Below the pieces are notes generated by a model. That model was not told the DNA's origin and ran no database searches. It saw only the letters and a list, made by a program, of their open reading frames with translations. A stretch of 63,134 nucleotides of DNA, filler included, from Gemmatimonadota bacterium (lineage in GTDB: Bacteria; 4572-55; J002), in NCBI GenBank assembly GCA_003697105.1. It is 5 parts of 5 records of this genome, joined end to end, with 100 filler letters (N's around TTAATTAATTAA, not from the genome) between each part and the next. Parts side by side here need not be neighbours in the genome. Positions count along the whole stretch, not along the records: positions 59,599 to 63,134 come from RFFQ01000042.1; 4 more parts are not named here. One strand, written 5' to 3'. This document shows positions 59,902 to 63,134 of the stretch, one piece after another. Position numbers and translations under genes: made by a program. The first letter of the stretch is position 1, and every line of letters begins with the position of its first letter.

Positions 59902-60531
59902 ATGGCAACCCATTTTATCATCGGTATTGCCGGCGGGACGGGGGCCGGGAAAACGACACTGGCAAATACCTTGATTCAGCATATTGGTGCTCAAAATGCC
60001 AATTTGATTTGCCACGATTCCTATTATAAAGACCTCTCTCACCTGCCCCAATCGGAACGGGATCGAACCAATTACGATCATCCAGATGCGTTTGATAATG
60101 ATCTACTTTCGGAGCATTTGCGCCTGCTCCAAAACGGGTAAGCGATCAATATGCCGGTTTATGATTATACGGAACACTTGCGCAAACCGGAAACCATCCG
60201 TATTGAAAGCCGGCCCATTACCATTTTGGAAGGGATTTTGGTATTGGCAGAACCGGAATTGCGCCGCTGGATGAACATCAAAATTTTTGTGGATGCCGGC
60301 GCCGATATCCGCCTCATCCGCCGTTTACAACGGGATCGCACCGCTCGCGGTCGCACCACGGATTCCGTCATTGAACAATATTTGAATACCGTCCGTCCGA
60401 TGCACAATACCTATGTTCAACCCTCTCGTAATTTTGCGGATTTAGTCGTGCGAGGAGATGGTGATCTCACCTCCGTTATTCACCTGTTGATGTCCGCCTC
60501 TCACAATATTTTGCAAGGACAGCCCGATTGA
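59902..60531 (+). pseudogene. udk: Uridine kinase interrupted by one in-frame TAA (true pseudogene or base-call error)
   Basis: IGIAGGTGAGKTT, HDSYY, NYDHPDAFD, then LQNG*AINMPVYDY, ILEGIL, R..RD...RGR, VRPMH; both halves in the same frame, TAA at 60139-60141. Confidence 0.85.
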
Positions 60532-60604
60532 GGCTCGCCACGCTAAACCGGACGGGGAAAACCGCCTTTTTCGGGGCAATAATCCCCGTTACCGGCCTCT
60601 CGTG

Positions 60605-61411
60605 TTAGCGCCGCCACGCGATAAGTGCCGCGACGACGGGTAAAATCCCCAACAGACAGACAATTAACGCCCCAGTCGGTAAATCATACTTCACCGACAA
60701 AAATCCACCGGCGACGGTCATCAGGATGGAAATACCACTACCCAACAGATATTGCGTGCGGAAAGAGGTTGCCAGCATAGAGGCGGCAAATGCCGGTAAG
60801 ATTAAATAGGCAAAAACCATCAATACCCCAACGATCTGCACAATCATCGCGATAATTAGCGCGAATAAAATGAAAAAAAGCGCTTCCCACCCAAACGATG
60901 GACTCTCTCCGGTGCCGGTTTCAAATGATAATTGATAAAATTGGGCATGAAACCGGTAAAACAGTACCAGCGTTATCACCGAAACCACACCCAGTTGGAT
61001 AATTTCCGGCGATGTGACCCATAGCAAATTGCCGTTGAGGAGCGCCTTTAAATGTTCCGAACCGTGCGGTGACGTGCTCAACAAGACGATCCCCAATGCC
61101 ATTGAAACAATATACAGGCAGCCGATTGCCACTTCCCGGGTGGTTTTATCCTGAACGTGCCGTAAAAAGGCGAGAAATATCGCCGCCATGAATGTAAACG
61201 CTAAACTCAGCCAAAACGCGGGCGTGCCGGCATCTTCCCCCCACAGTAGGATCGCGATAATCGCACCCAATGCGGAAACTTGCGCCAGAGCTAAATCTAC
61301 AAAAATAATACCCCGCCCCAGCACATGCAAACCAAAATAGGTCAACGTACTCACCACAAACAAACTGACGATAAAGCCCGGCAGCAGAATAGACACCCAT
61401 TCACTGAACAT
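60605..61411 (-). CDS. Metal ABC transporter permease (ZnuB/MntB family)
   Basis: G.HVL.RGIIFVDLALAQ, EVAIG, LLNGNLL, VGVLMVFAYLILPA, DLPTGALIV. Confidence 0.88.
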   Translation of the reverse strand: MFSEWVSILLPGFIVSLFVVSTLTYFGLHVLGRGIIFVDLALAQVSALGAIIAILLWGEDAGTPAFWLSLAFTFMAAIFLAFLRHVQDKTTREVAIGCLYIVSMALGIVLLSTSPHGSEHLKALLNGNLLWVTSPEIIQLGVVSVITLVLFYRFHAQFYQLSFETGTGESPSFGWEALFFILFALIIAMIVQIVGVLMVFAYLILPAFAASMLATSFRTQYLLGSGISILMTVAGGFLSVKYDLPTGALIVCLLGILPVVAALIAWRR

Positions 61412-61414
61412 ACA

Positions 61415-62326
61415 TCAATCCTCCTGTAATGCCGCAGAAATGGCGTTGACGAGATAATCGAACAACCCGATGTATGTATCCACACCCGCGATGCCACCGA
61501 CGGAAAGCGGCAGTTTTAAAGCGTGGATACCGGTTTTTTGATTTAGGTATTTTGCGTGCTTTTCGTTTTGATAGGTGGTAAACAATAAGATGTTCACCTG
61601 TTGTTGTTCGATCAGATCAATCACGGCTTTTAAGCGCGCTGGAGAAGGAGCAATACCGGGTTTTTCCTCGAGTTGCCCTGCCGGTGCCAACCCAAACGCA
61701 TTTAATAGATACCTCCACGAACTGTGATATTCCAACACGGGTTGTCCTTTGTAAAGCGCCATTTTTTCGTGCCAGACCGCATTTGCTTGCATCAAACGGG
61801 TTTCAAAATCGGCATAATTGCGCTGGTAGGCACTCGCATTTGCGGGGTCTAGGGTTGCCAAACGTTCACAGATCAGTTTCGCGACGGCAAGTCCATTCAT
61901 CGGGTCAAGCAGATAATGCGGGTTGCCTTCAGGATGGACATCCCCCATGGATCGGTCAATGGGGCCGGCTGGCTTATCCAGTAATTCCACCACCGTAGAG
62001 CCGTCCACGTACCCCGGTTGCCCGACAAGGATGCTCTTGTTACGGGCAGATTGGAGTAGCACCGGTAACCACCCGATTTCCAAACTGGCTCCGACACAGA
62101 CCAACATATCCGCCTTTTTTGCCGCTAAAATCATGCTCGGTTTGGGTTCGATGAAATGCGCATCCTGACTGCCTTTCGTTAAGCTTTTTACCTGAATTAA
62201 ATCTCTGCCGACTTCCTGTGCCAAAGCCGCCAAATCTTGGGTAGTAGTCACCACATTCAACACGTTCGCATCACTATGACTGATCAGCACCCCGATCACT
62301 ATCCATACCATTATGATTTTTTGCAT
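61415..62326 (-). CDS. Metal ABC transporter substrate-binding protein (ZnuA/TroA family)
   Basis: Signal peptide; VVTT, QDAHFIEPKPS, LEIGWL, GDVHPEGNPHY.LDP, YHSSW.Y, EEKPGIAPS. Confidence 0.9.
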   Translation of the reverse strand: MQKIIMVWIVIGVLISHSDANVLNVVTTTQDLAALAQEVGRDLIQVKSLTKGSQDAHFIEPKPSMILAAKKADMLVCVGASLEIGWLPVLLQSARNKSILVGQPGYVDGSTVVELLDKPAGPIDRSMGDVHPEGNPHYLLDPMNGLAVAKLICERLATLDPANASAYQRNYADFETRLMQANAVWHEKMALYKGQPVLEYHSSWRYLLNAFGLAPAGQLEEKPGIAPSPARLKAVIDLIEQQQVNILLFTTYQNEKHAKYLNQKTGIHALKLPLSVGGIAGVDTYIGLFDYLVNAISAALQED

Positions 62327-62343
62327 CGATCAACACCTCCTGC

Positions 62344-63134
62344 TCAAAACGTGTGGGCGGCATGAGCACCCATCATAAATTCGTACTGAAACCAGACCGT
62401 ATGCGCGGGGTCGGGTAACCGGTCATCATCATCATAATTGTATTGCAACCGGAATTTGCTAAACTCGGAGGGATACCAACTAAGATTGGCAGAATACCGT
62501 GACCGTTGATTGAAAGCATTCCCTTTCGCCTGTTCTGCTCGCATCCCCACAACCCAACCGGGTTGGAATCCCCACGCTATTTGCCCGTAAAACCCAGAAT
62601 CGGTTAGGGTTTGTGCCGGGACAAGCTCGTTGTCCTCTTCATGGAAAAATTCCGCCACTTCGTAATCACGCCATAGCCATTCCCCTTGAAGTTGCACAAA
62701 CGGAAAACCGCGCTCGGTGGAAAGGGGTTTCCATTTGAGGAGCAAATCAACCCCCCCAATGCGGGTTATTGCGGTTTCGCTGGTCGCATTGGGTCCCGTT
62801 AGCAAAGACACACCGATATTGGTGGTGATCGTCTGGCTGACATCAACGGAATTCAACCAGCGAAAGGCATAAATCAGGTCTGACAAGTCACTGATCGATG
62901 TATTCACACGGGGCAAATGCTCGGGGTCGTCGTCTCGTAAGCCGTGAGCATGCCCATGTTCTTCTTCGTCTTCATCTGCACCGATAAAACTGACCGCCGT
63001 CTCTCCTTCCGAATTTTGCACCCCAAGATAAAACTCCGAATAAAACGGCAGAGACGGTAACCATGACAAACGGAGTCCGGGATTCCGCAAGCCTTCGCCT
63101 CCGATTAAGCGAGAATAGATTACCGGCTGATCAA
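62344..63134 (-). CDS. Putative outer-membrane beta-barrel of a metal-uptake cluster; 5' truncated by the window end
   Basis: Frame open to the window edge (DQPVIYSRLIGGEGLRNPG); alternating beta-strand pattern; DEDEEEHGHAHG loop; PSEFSKFRLQYN; GAHAAHTF end. Confidence 0.7.
   Translation of the reverse strand, partial: DQPVIYSRLIGGEGLRNPGLRLSWLPSLPFYSEFYLGVQNSEGETAVSFIGADEDEEEHGHAHGLRDDDPEHLPRVNTSISDLSDLIYAFRWLNSVDVSQTITTNIGVSLLTGPNATSETAITRIGGVDLLLKWKPLSTERGFPFVQLQGEWLWRDYEVAEFFHEEDNELVPAQTLTDSGFYGQIAWGFQPGWVVGMRAEQAKGNAFNQRSRYSANLSWYPSEFSKFRLQYNYDDDDRLPDPAHTVWFQYEFMMGAHAAHTF

Noticed and set aside
59902-60531. Stop-codon reassignment or selenocysteine/pyrrolysine readthrough in udk
   Set aside because: The stop is TAA, which is used as a normal stop throughout the window; Sec and Pyl use TGA and TAG.
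1-63134. tRNA, rRNA, transposase, integrase or prophage genes
   Set aside because: None recognised; intergenic spaces are short and no characteristic motifs were seen.

Overview
The window holds five separate contigs (1-16203, 16304-34947, 35048-43415, 43516-59498, 59599-63134). They are joined by four artificial 100-nt N-TTAATTAATTAA-N spacers, so adjacency across a spacer is not evidence of linkage. The organism is a diderm bacterium (it has lpxK). Several secreted proteins end in 'N(Y/V)PNPFNP...G.Y..R' T9SS-type/FlgD-Ig sorting domains, which suggests an FCB-group lineage (inference). Contig 1: acyl-CoA dehydrogenase, then a complete nuoA-N complex I operon with a near-perfect Rex operator upstream and a signal-peptide-bearing dienelactone hydrolase inserted between nuoM and nuoN. 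Contig 2: secreted M14 carboxypeptidase, bifunctional rel, and the most striking feature, a 12.5-kb tandem array of six soluble TPR-histidine kinases. The kinases have no response regulator on the contig, share an unusual 'LDxxxIWxCWExDxxGxxLxAYL' insertion and a proline-less H-box, and run directly into crcB-DUF190. Contig 3: peptide ABC binding protein, lpxK, aminotransferase, isochorismatase-like hydrolase, patatin and a truncated TPR/FGE-domain protein. Contig 4: flippase-like protein, DUF1569, HAD phosphatase, a gingipain-like C25 protein lacking the catalytic His, rph, secreted M1 aminopeptidase, aminotransferase and a truncated FG-GAP/cadherin-like giant protein. Contig 5: udk interrupted by one in-frame TAA and a metal-uptake cluster (outer-membrane protein, binding protein, permease) with no ATPase in view. 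All calls come from motif recognition by eye; no searches were run.
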